A stretch of 64,000 bases of DNA, taken from positions 104,348,001 to 104,412,000 of the forward strand of contig NC_086107.1 in NCBI RefSeq assembly GCF_963921235.1, in the 5' to 3' direction. This document shows positions 11,575 to 24,619 of the stretch, piece after piece. The DNA comes from Mobula hypostoma. Lineage: Eukaryota. The notes under the pieces were generated by a model. It had not been told where the DNA came from, did not search any database, and worked only from the letters and a program-made list of their open reading frames with translations. The translations under genes and the position numbers were made by a program. How positions within the stretch are numbered: position 1 is the stretch's first letter; the number at the start of each line of letters is the position of its first letter.

Positions 11575-12850
11575 TCTTTAGGGACATACCAAATCTCCCC
11601 AAGCTCCTAATGACGTGCAGCCGGTGTGTCTTTGTGATTGTATCAATATGCTGAGCCCACAATAGATCCTCATAGATGCTGATGCCCAGGAAGCTGCTCA
11701 CCCTTTCCATCGTTGACCCCTCAATAAGGACGTGAATGTTCTCCTGACTTCCTTTCCTGAAGACCACAATGAGTTTCTTAGAATTACTGACATTGTTGTA
11801 GCGACACCACTCAACCAAGATTTATTTCACTCTTGTACGCTTCCCCAACTCCATCTGAAACTCCGCCAGCAGCAGTGATGAAATCGGCAAATTTACGGGC
11901 AGTGTTTGAGGTGTGCCTAGCCACATGGTCATGAGGGTAGAGGGAGAAGAGCCGTGGGCTAAACACACGTCCTTGAGCTGTGCCTGCGTTGTTAGTCAGC
12001 GAGGAAGAGAGGTTATTACTGATCCACGTAGACTGTGGTCTCCTGGGGAGGAAGCCAAGGAGCCAGTTGCAGATGGAGGTACAGAGGCCCAGGTTTTGAA
12101 GCTTGTTGATTAATACTGAGGGGAGGTTGGTGTTGAATGCCAAAATGTAATCGATAAACGGCAGCCTGACATAGGTATTGCAGTGGTCCAGGTGATCCAA
12201 AAAACAGTGAGTTTTCATCTGTGATAGACCTGTTGTGGCAGCAGGCAAATCCTTCTAATCAGTGGCAAAATGGTTGAGTCATAGAGTGGGACAGGACTAG
12301 AACAAGTGCTTCAGCCTAATTAGATTCGATTAGATTCAACTTTATTGTCATTGTGCCGAGTACAGATACAAAGCCAATGAAGTGCATTTAGCATCTGACC
12401 AGAAATGCAAAGAATAGTGTTATTTACAAAATAACTGCGAATAAAAAAAGTGCTACAGCACACAAATATAGAAGTACTGAGACAGTACAATATGGGTGCA
12501 ATACTGCTTAGTGCTGTGATGTGAGGTTCAGCAGGGTCACAGCCTCAGGGAATAAGCTCTTCCTGTGCCTGCTGGTGCGGGAACGGAGGCTCCTGTAGCG
12601 CCTACCGGATGGGAGGAGAGTAAAAAGTCCATGGTTAGGGTGAGGTGCATCCTTGATAATGCTTTTTGCCCTGCCCAGGCAGCGTTTATGGTAGATGTTC
12701 TCAATGGTGGGCAATTGGGTGCTGATAATCCGCCGGGCAGTTTCCACCACACGCTGGAGTGCTTTGCGGTCCGATACGGGACAATTGCCATACCACACTG
12801 AGATGCAGTTGGTAAGTGTGCTCTCAATGGTACAGCGGTAAAAATTAATA
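11575..12850 (-). mobile_element. Rex1/Babar-type LINE RT fragments (two elements)
   Basis: ..YVRLPFIDY..AFNT.., VEWCRYNN, FYRCTIES..CISVWYGNC..LLPSGRRYRS. Confidence 0.8.
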
Positions 12851-12917
12851 CTTACCTGCTCTAATTCCCACATCCTGCATTCAGTCCATATCCACCGGTT
12901 CTTTTCCTATCCATATG

Positions 12918-13497
12918 CACTCAGTGGCCACTTTACTAGGTACCCCCTGCACCTAAATAAAACGGCCACTGAGGGTATGTTCATGGTCTTCTGCTGCTGT
13001 AGCCCATCCACTTCAAACTTCAACGTGTTCTGCTCTCAGAGATGTCTTCTGCAAGCCACTGTTGTAACGTGTAATTATTTGAGTTATTGTCGCCTTCCTG
13101 TCAGCTTGAACCAGACTAACTATCCTCCTCTCATCTCTCTCATTAACTAGACTTTTTTTTCAGGACCGTGCTGCTCACTGGATTTTTCTTTTGTTTGTTT
13201 TTCTCACCATTCTCTAGATTCTAGAGTCAGTCGTGCGTAAACTCCAGAGATAGTTGTGGGTGAAAATCCCAGGCAGATCAGCAGTTTCTGAGATACTCAA
13301 ACCACCCTGTCCGGCACCGATAAGCAGTCACTTAGATCACATTTCTTCCCCATTCTGATGTTTGGTCTGAACAACAACCGAACCTCTTGACCGTGTCGGC
13401 ATGCTTTTATGCCTTGAGCTGCTGCCACACGATTGACTGTTTAGATACTTGCATTAACAAGCAGGTGTACAGGTGTACCTAATAAAGCGGCCACTGA
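12918..13497 (-). mobile_element. Non-autonomous Tc1-like element with a terminal TIR hairpin
   Basis: Reverse complement of the same family; TIR-like cactcagtggccacttt...ggccactga at both ends. Confidence 0.75.
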
Positions 13498-13789
13498 TTT
13501 TAGGTCACGAGTTTTGAGAGATACTGCTGGAATAGAATAGGAAAGTAACTTCAGTGCATTTTGTAGATGGTACGCACTACAAGCACGTGTGTGTTGGTGA
13601 CAGAAGGAATGAATGTTTAAGGGGATCAATGGAGGACCAGTCAAGAAGATGGCTTGAACTTCTTCAGAATTTCACTCATCGAGGCAGGTGGAGAATACTG
13701 CACCATACTCTTGACTCGTGCCTTGGTCAAAGGCTTAGCCGGTCAGGCCACGTCTGTAGGAAGAGAAATAGAGTTTATTTTCCACATCA

Positions 13790-14092
13790 GTGGCATTCGT
13801 TAGTCTTGCGAGACCATGGATCTGCGCCTGGAAAGTCACTCTCCAGGGCGCAGGCCTGGGCAAGGTTGTACGGAAGACCAGCAGTTGCCCATGCTGCAAG
13901 TCTCCCCTCTCCACGACACTGATGTTGTCCGAGGGAAGGGCGAGGGCCGATACAACTTAGCACCAGTATCGTTGCAGAGCAATGTGTGATTAAGTGCCTT
14001 GCTCAAGGACACAACACGCTGCCTTGGCTGGGGCTCAAACTCACGACCTTCAGGTTGCTAGTCGAATCCTTAACCACTTGGCCACGCGCCCA
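13790..14092 (-). mobile_element. tRNA-derived SINE (same family)
   Basis: Similarity to the other copies. Confidence 0.8.
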
Positions 14093-16186
14093 CACATCAA
14101 TGGAACTGGGGAGAAAATTATTAACATGCCAGGAGACTGAGGGTCAGTGCTCTCTTCACATCCTCTAACTCACACTCAATGCGATATGTCACACGTGCTT
14201 TTCCTGGTCTCCCTCTGCAGCAACACCTACTCACGCCATCTCAAAGCTGTTACGGTTCACAGTTCAATTTTATACTTTACTATATTTAGTGCTGTAACAG
14301 ACAGCACTTCTGCTTTCTTTCAGAGATTCTTCCCTCCTTCCTAAACCTCAGTGACCAGAACTCTATGCAGTACCCCTGCCAGGTTCCGACCAAGGTTTTA
14401 TCATGTTGGGGACTAACCTCCCTATCTCTGTATGCAATGCCCCAACTAATGAAGATGCCTTATTTACCATCTTATCTAACAGCTCTTGCCCTCTTGAAAG
14501 TATTTTGGACACGGACACCAAGGCTCCTCTGTTCCTCAGTATTTCCTAAGACCTTACCATTCATTGTGTAGGTCCTAGCCTCCCAGAATGCATCACTTCA
14601 CTTCTATCAAGATCAATCTCTGACGGCCATTGCAAATCCCCTTGCACCACCATCTCAACGTCACCTTGTAGCCAAAGGTCAAAAACCAGAGGTCAGCGAG
14701 TTCAGAGGTCGAAGATTGAAGTCCGAGAGCCCAGAGGTCAAGGTTCAAAGGTTGAAGCCCCTGAGTGAGCTTCTTTAGAGGTCAGAGGCCCAAGGTAATG
14801 GGTCTGGGGCTAAGCGCCTCAGGCCTGACTTGGAGTTGGAGGCATGTCTGTTTGTGTGAGTGGGTGGGAAAGGGGATTCTCTTGCAGCTGTTGTAGTTGT
14901 TCTGCTGAACGTTGTGAGCATGCTGCCCTGGCGCCAGCATGTGTCGACACGTAGGTTGTGTTGGTCATTGGTGCAAATGCACGTTTCACTGTTTGTTTCA
15001 ATGCCGTGTGATAAATAAATAAATCAGAATCTGAAGACTGTCCTCCGTACTACCAAAAATACGACTGATCTTAGAGTCATCTGTGGGCTGACTAATTGTG
15101 ATTCCAACCTCCACATTCAAATATTTCATACATTTTACAAACAGCAAGGGTTTCAGAACTGATTCCTGTGGAACCACTAGTCAAAGGAATCCAATTACAA
15201 AAATAACCCTCTATCATCACATTTTCTGTCGTCCAGTCATCTAGTAGCACCCTAACCACCAGCATAGATTTGGAAATCACAGCCAGATCTGCTGCAATTG
15301 CATCCTTTTTTATTTCAAAAGTAAACTTTGTTCAGAACAAGTTCAAAGTAAATTTTATTATCAAAGTATATCTATATCACCATATACAACCCTGGGATTC
15401 ATTTTCCTGCGGGCATACTCAGAAAATCTATAGAATAGTAACCGTAACAGGGTCAATGAAAGATCAACCAGAGTGCAGAGAACAGCAAACTATGCAAATG
15501 CAAATATAAATAAATAGCAATAAATAACGAGAACATGGAGATAATAAGATAAAGAGTCCTTAAAGTGAGATCATTGGTTGTGGAAACATCTCAATGGATG
15601 GGCAAGTGAGTGTAGTTTTCCCCTTTTGTTCAAAAATCTGATAGTTGAGGGGTAATAACTGTTCTGGAACCTGGTGTTGCCTGGACTGAGGCTCTTGTAC
15701 CTTCTACCTGATGGTAAGAAAAAAGCATGGCTTGGGTGTTGAAGATCTCTGATGATGGATGCTTCTTACCTACAACACGGTTTCATATAGATGTGCTCAA
15801 TGGTTGGGAAGATCAATCTAAACCTTCCCTCAGATCTATAAAAACTAACTCCACTAAGGAATTATTCACCTCTGTTTTACTTTTGGAAACTCGCACTAAA
15901 ATTTCACCTTTCTCCTTGCTGAAATCTCCAACTACAGAGCCCAATTTCTTAGTGAATACTTTGTTGTATTCAATTTCTTTGTTGTACTTGTTTAAAACTT
16001 CAATCGTACTTTCTAGCTTCATGCACAGATTTCCCCTATTTTCACTAATGGGCCCTACTTTCCGTATTCTTTTTGGCAGCATACTTATTAAAAACTTTGA
16101 ATTTTCCTTAATCGTTCAAGACATAGCACGTGACACCTCTTGGCCTTCCTAATTTTCTTTTTAAGCATCTTACTACACAATCACTC

Positions 16187-16351
16187 GTCTCAGGTAACGC
16201 CCCCTCTGACGTATGACATGGGAAAGAGTGAGTTGCAGAGTCAATCAAGTCTCAGGTAACGCCCCCTCTGACGTGTGACATAGAAAGAGTGAGTTGCAGA
16301 GTCAATCAAGTCTTAGGTAACGCCCCCTCTGACGTATGACGTGAAAAGAGA
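16187..16351. repeat. 61-62 bp tandem repeat, about 2.7 copies, in the NUCB1 promoter
   Basis: Unit gtctcaggtaacgccccctctgacgt.tgaca...gagttgcagagtcaatcaa starts at 16187, 16249 and 16310. Confidence 0.9.
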
Positions 16352-16620
16352 GCGCGTTGGCGACGGCGTGATGACGTACGCGCATCCCTTGCACTGGAGC
16401 GTCAGCGTTGGAGGCTGAGTTCGGAGTCCGGAGCGGTGACGGGACAGTCCGGAGTCGAGCGCACGGAGAGCCCGAGGGCCGAGAGAGGTAATACGGAGGA
16501 GCCCGGAGAACTCAGCGGCACTTTTCCCCGGCGGAGAGGGCCGACCTGGGCCCCGCGCAGGTGCGGTGGGCCGAAGAGACGGGGCATTACCCCACTCCGT
16601 CCCAGGAGCGCACCAACTCC
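16187..16620 (+). promoter_or_regulatory. NUCB1: CpG-island promoter and probable non-coding exon 1 of NUCB1 (donor GAG|gtaat at 16487/16488)
   Basis: Densest CpG patch in the window, five TGACGT motifs, directly upstream of the ATG-containing exon. Confidence 0.65.
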
Positions 16621-16955
16621 ACTGTGGGATTGGTGCTGAGAAAGTTGTGGAGTGGGCCATTCGCATTGGGCACTGGGGTTTAGTTGCCGTACCTACTCTA
16701 CCTCGGCATAGTTGGACTGGGGGGTGGGGTGAAGTACGCCGGTACCCCGTCTGGATGCTATCCCCCTGCCTCCTCCCCATCTGGGCGCTGCCTGGTAGGG
16801 TGCTATCCAGCTGCCTATCCTAAACTCCGGCGGTTCCGAATAAACTGTACCTCTGAGAGAAGAGATGTTCTGATGAGGAATTGTTGCATCTGTAGTCAGT
16901 GACGTAACCCGATCTCTTTATCCTTTAACCCAGGTAACCGTTTGCTGAATAATTG

Positions 16956-17060
16956 ATGGAGCTCTGGTGTCTGGTTGCTGGCCTCATCGTATCGGTGGTG
17001 GCGGTGCCCATCGACAGGTCAAAGAAAACCGATGAGAAGCAGATCAAACCAGAGTCACCG
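16956..17060 (+). CDS. NUCB1: Nucleobindin-1 coding exon 1 (gene exon 2, starting at 16934): signal peptide and start of mature protein
   Basis: MELWCLVAGLIVSVVA|VPIDRSKKTDEKQIKPESP. In-frame TAA 6 nt upstream of the ATG. Donor gtgggt. Confidence 0.9.
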
Positions 17061-19957
17061 GTGGGTGTATGATTGTGTTCAGTCAGCTGTTTGCCTTCCA
17101 GTGACTGTCAGTGGGTTTCTTGGTTAAAATTTGATTTGTTCGGTGAGCTAGCCTAACATATGTGACAGATGTGCAGAAAAATTATTCCGAAAGAGGCTAT
17201 TCAACCTATCAGAATCAGAATCCTTTATTATCACCAAGTACGTGGACACATACAGGGAATTTGATGCCGGTTTCCCTGAGCTCTCGCTGTACTGAAATCA
17301 AAAAGCAAACCAAACAATAGTGCAAATAATCGTGAACTATATACAATGAGGTATTCCTGTGTATGTACAGGTGGACTTGGTTTATAATAGACTAAAATTC
17401 AAGTGTTCATAAGACCGATGGCATACGGAAAGAAACTGTTCTTGTGCCTATCAGGTATTTGCTGGCTCCCAGAAGTCCAGTATCCCTGTTCCTATTCCTC
17501 ATTCCTGTAAAATTATTTTCCTTCATATGTCCTTATCAGCTTCCCATTGATTCATTTTGTCAGGAGATGTGCAATTATACAAACATGCAAACTCTACACA
17601 GTTGGTACCAGAGATTGGGATGAAACCTAGATTCTTGACAGTGCACCATCCACTGTTGAGGGACAGCCGAATCTGGGTAGCGTCCAACATTGAATTATTC
17701 TAATGTAGGTTCTTAGCACAAAACATTTACTGTCCACCTGTCTCTAGAGATGCTGCCCGAGCCGCTGAGTTCATCCAGCAGTTAGCACATCCCATTACAG
17801 TGCCAGATCAGAGTTCGATCCCTGCCCACTGTGTGCAAGGACTTTCGATGTTCTTCCCACTACTACGTGGGTTTCCTCCGGGTGCTCCAGTTTCCTCCCA
17901 CGTTCCAAAGAAGTGCGATTTAATGTTAGTGAGTTGTGGGCATGCTGGCGGGAAAGAGTGAGGACACTTGCAGGCTGCCCTGCACAAACCTCGCTGATTT
18001 GAATTGTCGGAAAATGACGGATTTCACTATGTTTCCATGTACGTGTGACAAATAAAGCACATCATTTATGTTCCAAAGTTCAAAGTAAATTTCTTATCAA
18101 AGTGCATATTTGTCACCATGTACAAACCTGAGGTTTATTTTCTAGTGGGCATGTTGAATGAAATCATAATAGAATAATAACCATAACACAATCAATAAAA
18201 GACTGCACTAAATTGGACATTCAACCAGTCTGCAAAAGACAACAATGTGCAAATACAAAGAGAAAGTAATTAATAAATAAATAAGCAATGAATATTGAGA
18301 ACGTGGAATGAAGAGTCCTTGAAAGTGAGTCCATAGGTTGTGGGAGTATTTCGGTGATGGGGCAAGTGAAGTTGAGTAAAGGTATCCCCTTTGGTTGACG
18401 AGTCTGGTGAGAATGGCTTTACCTGTGATGGACTGGAGCCTCTCCACTGCTTTCTCAGTCCTGAAGAAGGATCTCAGCCCAAAACATCGACTGTTTATTC
18501 AATTGCATAGATGCTGCTTGATCTGCTGAGTTCCTCCAGCGTTTTTTTGTGTGTTGCTCCAGAGATTTTCTCGTGTTTATGAACCACTACTGTTTGTAGA
18601 ATTTTCTGTTCGAGGGCGTTGGTGTTTCCATACCAGGCTGTGATGCAGCCCGTCAATATACTCTCCAACACACACCTGTAGAAGTTTGAAGGAGCTGCGG
18701 TCTCTCGTGTCTCCAACGTGTTGTTCTTATACTTTCACCTCTTTCTCCACTGTTATTTAACCCTCTTGCTGTGTGACATCCTTCTGCCCCTTTATTAGAG
18801 TGAGAGAGAGCGCCTGCGGCATGTCGAATTGTCGGTTAAGCAATCAGTTATTGTTATACTACAAATCACGGTCTCCGTTTGGGGCTTTGCTATTGCGTGC
18901 TTGGTGGATGCGAATGCTTTTTGCTGAAACAAGACGGCGAGGGAGAGTGTTGATGTTCTGCTGCTTGTGCTTTGGGTTCTAACGTTTTTTACTGTCATCT
19001 GTTCTGTTTTTTGTGGATGTCTGTGAAGAGCAGGAATTTCAGGTTGTATACTGTGTACATTCCCTGATTAAATGAAACCGTTTGAACCATTAATCCCGGC
19101 CATACCTGCAATCAGCAGGGGCAATACTGTGAATTCCAATCCTCTTCCCCCAAGTTGTGCATCTTTTTCCTCACGTTTTAAAGCCATGATTGAATCCCAT
19201 CAGCCAATCCATTCCAGGTGTAAAACTAAAATGCGTTTCACCAATATTTACTTTGAGTGTCTTACTGATCATCTTTGAACTCTTAAGCTGTGGGAATAGT
19301 GACGAGGCTGGAGAGGAAGACATAATAAAAGGAAATGACGGACTGTGGCAGGAAGAGCTAGACAAAAGATAGGTCATCAGATAAGGCTAAAGGTTTTTTT
19401 TTCCAAAAAAGAGTTTTGAAATTGATGTAACATTTGGAACAAAACAGATACAGCAGAAGTGTAGCTTAGTTACCCAAGTATAACTGAAAATAAATCTGAT
19501 CTGATAGCCAATACAGAGACGTGGCTGCAGGATATTGAACGTTGACATACAAGGCTATGAAGCGAAGAAGCTGTAGAGGAGTGGCTTTGCGCAGTAATAA
19601 ACGACCTAGGGCAGTAGAGGGTGATAATCCAACTTCACGAAACCAAATGAAGAAGTGGTTTGTGGGGAGATGAGAAATAATAACGGCAAGAAATCACTTG
19701 GCACAGCGAGGATCTTCATAACGTACAATATATACTTTCTAATGACAAAGTATCTGCCACTGTCATTATCCGGAAATGCTCAGGGTAGTTTAATACTTTG
19801 AAAAGTTTGTGCAAAGGCAGGTGACGGACTAGGAGATAGAGTAGAATATGGAAAACAGCAAAACATGCTTGTAAATGGTTATTAAGAGTTTCTGTAGATC
19901 TTTAAATTTGGTCCTATAGAGAGTGAGTCTGAGAAATTGTTAATGGAAAACAACGAG

Positions 19958-20237
19958 AGGGACAGCACAGTAGCCTAGTGGTTAGCACACCGCTTTACAG
20001 TACAGGCGACCTGGGTTCAATTCCCGCCGCTGCCTGTAAGGAGCTTGTATGTTCTCCCCGTGACCGCGTGGATTTCCTCCGGATACTCCGCTTTCCTCCC
20101 TCAGTCCAAAGACCTACTGGTTGGTAGGTTAATTGGTCATTGTAACTTGTCCCATGAGTAGGCAAGGGTTAGATCAGGGGACTGCCGGACGGTGTGGCCG
20201 GAAGGGTCTATTCCGTGCTAGATCTCAATAAATTAAA
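19958..20237 (+). mobile_element. V-SINE / HE1-like SINE
   Basis: tRNA-like head (tagtggttagcac...gggttcaattcc) and V-domain ttctccccgtgaccgcgtgg.tttcctcc. Other copies at about 5720-5990, 17780-18060, 31345-31590, 40150-40400 and 41700-41850 (minus). Confidence 0.75.
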
Positions 20238-20389
20238 AAGATGACAGATGAGGAGGTGTTTTTGCATTCGTCACTCTTGAACAGGGGTTCATAACCCGAG
20301 ATCCACGGACCCCTTTCTTAATGGTCTTGATTCATGGCATTAAAAGAAGGTTGGGAAACCCTGCTTTAGAGAACAAAAACAAATCTCAG

Positions 20390-21219
20390 TGTTACGTACC
20401 CTGTAACTGGGTTGCCAAACCAGCAGAAATGGACCACTTAGTTGGAGTCTGGATTACTGGAACTAAGAAAGTTTTATTAAAGAAATAAGTAACATGGTAC
20501 TCTAATCGTAAGGATATAAATGCAACAGGCTAGCACTGATAAAACACACAGATACACAGAACTAGGATAATAGGAATCAAACAAGCTCTATCGCAGTCTA
20601 GGGGTAAAATGATCAGTCTCAAGTGACGCAGAGTTCAGTTCAGCTTAGTACAGTTCGCAGTAATCGCTGTTGTGCCGTTGGAGAGAGAGAGCGAATATGC
20701 AAATTTTCGATTCAAACAGACCTTTGATGTTCCTCGCAGTTAGCTTTCGGGCGAGCTCTTTTAATGTCTTCTGAGGTCACCGACTGTGACCTCTCCGTTC
20801 CGGATACAATCGTTCTTCCGCGGTGAACCTGGCACCCAGGCAAGGGCGGACACACACTCCAGGTTCCCGCCGATCGTACCTTTTCACCTGTGCGTCTATG
20901 GTCGGTTCCGCGACCAGACCTCCAAACTTCCGCCAACTTGTGGGGCCACACCGCACTTCCAGGGTCTCGTTATCTTGTGATCTCGTGGTGACTGTCTTGC
21001 CTTAGCAAACCTGGTCCTTTTATCCCCCTGCTGGGGTATCGCCTGTCCATCAAACTTCAGACAGTTCAGGTTCAAAGCAACCAGTCTGACAATACTTGGA
21101 ACTGTGTCTCTTTTCGTTAATCTCTCTCGTCTTTCATTAACATTTCCGAATGCTGCTCCATTGTCTCACTTATCTCTTTCATTAGCATCAATCTTCTGAT
21201 AACTTGGTCTTTCGTCACA
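20390..21219 (-). mobile_element. Solo LTR (Gypsy/ERV-like), 830 bp
   Basis: TGTTACG...CGTCACA termini; 4-bp TSD TCAG (20386-20389 and 21220-21223); AATAAA on the minus strand near 20475. Confidence 0.85.
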
Positions 21220-22334
21220 TCAGAGATGTAATCAGTAGAATAAGGAGGTAAAAACTGAGGAAATTGTCAATGGCAGTGAGCAAATTGCTGGAGCTACAAG
21301 TCTGCATCCCTACCGTCCTCATCCTAATGCCTTAAATATTTTTAAAAATGGCTAGTAGACAGACCTCACCTGTGAGTCTGTTGGGGGGGGGGGGGGTCAT
21401 ATACTGTGTCCAGTGCTCCCGGTGTGGCCTCCTGTATATCGGTGAGACCCAACATAGATTGGGAGACCACTTTGCTAAGCACCTACACTCCGTCCATCAG
21501 AAAAAGTGAGATCTCCCAGTGACCACCCATTTTAATTCCATTTCCCATTCCTAGTCCAATATATCTCTCCATGGCCTCTGCTGTCGTGATGAGGCCACAC
21601 TTAGACTGGAGGAACGACGCCTTGTATTACGTCTGGGTAGCCTTCAGCCTGATGGCTATGGCATCGATTTCTTGAACTTCTACTTGGTAATGCCCCCCCA
21701 CCCCCCTTCATCATTCTCCATCCCCTTCTCCCCCCCTCACCTTATCTCCTTGCCCGCCCATCACCTCCCTCTGGTGCTCCTCCGCCTTTTCTTTCTTCCA
21801 TGGCCTTCTGTCCTTTTCTATCAGACTCCCCCTTCTCCAGCCCTGGATCTCTTTCACCAATCAACTTCCCAGCTCTTTACTTCATCCCTCCCCCTTCAGG
21901 TTTCACCTGTCACCTTGTGTTTCTCTTTCCCCTCTCCCGCCTTTTAATCCTACTCCTGCTTTCTTTCTCTAGTCCTGCCGAAGTGTTTCGGCCCAAAATG
22001 TCAACCCTACTCTTTTTCCTTAGGTGCTACCTGGCCTGCTGAGTTCCTCCAGCATTTTGTGTGTGTTGCTTGGATTTCCGGCATCTGTAGATTTTCTTTT
22101 GTTTGTGGCTAATAGACAGGTTGGTTTTAATTTTCCAAATTTTCCTAGAATCAGCGAAAGTTCAATTAGATTGTAAAGTAGCGAGCACAGTCACTTAGTT
22201 CTAAGGGAGAGAGAGTAAAACAGGAGAATACAGGCCAGTTAGCTTAATGTGTATCATAGGGTAAAGTTTAGACACTTTTTAAGTTCAAGGTAATCAAGCA
22301 AAATCAGCAAAATTTTGTGATAGGGATCAATCAT

Positions 22335-22767
22335 AGGCACATATATATAGCTAGGGTGCCTAAGACTTTTGCACAGTACTGTAGTAATTTTATGTATTGC
22401 ACTGTACTGCTGCTGCAGAAAGAAACAAATTTCATGACGTGTGAGTGTTGATAAACCTGATACCGATATGGGTATTGTGGACTGAAAGTGGGAAGGGGGT
22501 AGGGAGAGGGAATCATTTTTGGGAAAAAGAGAGGGGAGGGAGCAGGAAGCACCAGAGTGACATTCTGTAGGGATCAATAAACCAATTGTTTGGAATCAAA
22601 TGACTTTGCCTGGTGTCTACTGGCCTGGGTGTATCTGCACTCATGCTATCCCCGCCCCTCTGCCACCTGTCCCACTCCACCCTCATCAACCCAACACCCA
22701 CCAGATTTATAAACACTCTCTCTGCTCCACTTTGACAAATACAGTACTGTGCAAAAGTACTCTTGGC
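22335..22767. mobile_element. Second, inverted copy of the composite MITE-bounded element
   Basis: Reverse complement is collinear with 2280-2605 plus 2912-2990. Confidence 0.65.
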
Positions 22768-23799
22768 GTGAGAATGGAACCTAATGGGAATGATTGGCTG
22801 GCTGACAGGAAACATCGTATGCATAAATTGACCTTTCACTGGTTGGCAAAATCTAACAAGCACTCTCCCTCAGGAATTTGTGCTGAGGCCTCAGCTTTTG
22901 ATAGTTCATACGAATAACTTGGGAAAGAATGCAGGTGGTGGAACCTGGAGCATACAAGCATTCTGCAGGAGGAACTCGCTGGGTTAGGCAGCGTCGGTGG
23001 AAGGAAGCAGACAGTCAGTGTTTCAGGTCAAAACCCTTCATCTGCATTGTCATGCAGAAATCCGAGAAGGTTTACAATACCCATTCCTGAAATGAATGAG
23101 TTGTCTTCTAAGGAAAAATTGGGACAGTATAGCTTGGTATCTACTGGAATTGAGAAAAGTGGGGCAGTAATTGAATCATACAGGAGTTTTAACGGGATGG
23201 AGTGAAGAGGATGTTTCCTCTTGTGGGAGAATAAAGAAAGATTTAGAAGTAAGGAGGAGCCCATTTAAACCTTTTTCTTTCCACTTGCGGAAGGTCATGG
23301 TTCTCCTTAAAAGATGATGGAAATAATGCCCCATTATTTTTAGGGGAGTTAAGTAAAGAATTGCAAATTTTTGTTCCCTTCACTTGAGGGAATTTCTTTC
23401 TACTTAACAAGATCCAGGACATTCACTAGTTTGGTCACAGCCAGTTTGATCGCATCCATCTACCCAGTAAACTTATCAACACATTGATAAGATCACTTTT
23501 TAATCTTTCACAAGTGAATTTTCTTTTGAGAAATTGCTTTCTTTCAAAGCATCGCTCTCAGTCCTGGTATCTTCTAGTAGCATCTTGTATTCCGTCCAGC
23601 TGTCATCTTGGATCAAAGCAGACGATCTTGCAGTCGTCTATATGGACACCAATCTACTGTAGTTTTGCCTGTTGTTTGACTCTTCTTATCTCACTAGGTC
23701 ATCAGCTGTGCCATTTAACGTGGAGTTTTCTGTAGAATTTGATGCACAGCTCACTGTTCCTTTATATGGGGATGGTGAAGTCCAGTGGGAGGACATCAT

Positions 23800-24418
23800 T
23801 CAGATTATGAGGACACACAGTCCTCTTTTATTGTCATTTAGTAATGCATGCATTAAGAAATCATACAGTATTTCCTCCGGTGTGATAACACAAAACATAG
23901 GACAGACCAAGACTGAAAAAACTGACAAAACCACATAATTATAACATATAGTTACAACAGTGCAACAATACCATAACTTGAAGAAGTCCATGAGCACAGT
24001 AAAGTTCAAAGTCTCTCAAATGTCCCACATCTCACGCAGATGGGAGAAGGAAGAAAACTCTCCCTGCCATGCCGACCACAGTCCGACTCTGAGTCATCCG
24101 AAAACTTCGAGCTCTGATCAGCTGTCCAACACCGAGTACTGAGCACCATCTCTATCCGAACGATTCGACCTCAACGTTGGTCGCCAACAGCAGGCAAAGC
24201 CGGGGACTTTGAGGCCTACCCTCCGAAAGATTCCCGACCACGCAGTAATGACAGCAGCGAACGAGCGTTTCAGAAATTTCTCCAGATGTTCCTCTGTGCT
24301 TTCACGTCCATTCTCCATCAAATCAGAATTGTCCACGGCCCCTATTTAACAGATACGATATAATTTTTCACCGGAGGGCTGCGCACGTGCAGGCGCACTG
24401 CTCACTCTCCTCCCGCCA
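23800..24418 (-). mobile_element. Non-autonomous retroelement with a GC-rich 5' end and LINE-like 3' tail; related copy at about 48311-48970
   Basis: Both copies share agattatgag.acac.cagtcctc.tttattgtcatttag... and ttctccagatgttcctc.gt.ct.tca.gtcc segments but differ centrally. Confidence 0.6.
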
Positions 24419-24619
24419 ACATTACACAGAGAGAGTCACAACATGTTGACTCTCTCTGTCTTCCCTTCCACCATAATCACTGCTGCCACACCCATGACAC
24501 ATTCTTAAGTTGTTCTGGGCCTTCTGTTTTCTAAAAGTATATCAAAATTAACATGATTCCATTCAGAGTTGCATTCACAGGGCATGGAATTCACAGTCAA
24601 TGGCCTGGTGAACAAAATG

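Noticed and set aside
15813..16082. 89-aa AT-rich minus-strand ORF next to the NUCB1 promoter as a novel divergent gene
   Set aside because: Resembles a heavily decayed CR1 RT (ELVFIDLREGLD compared with DVVYMDFSKAFD), and CR1-like sequence continues at about 15060-15330.
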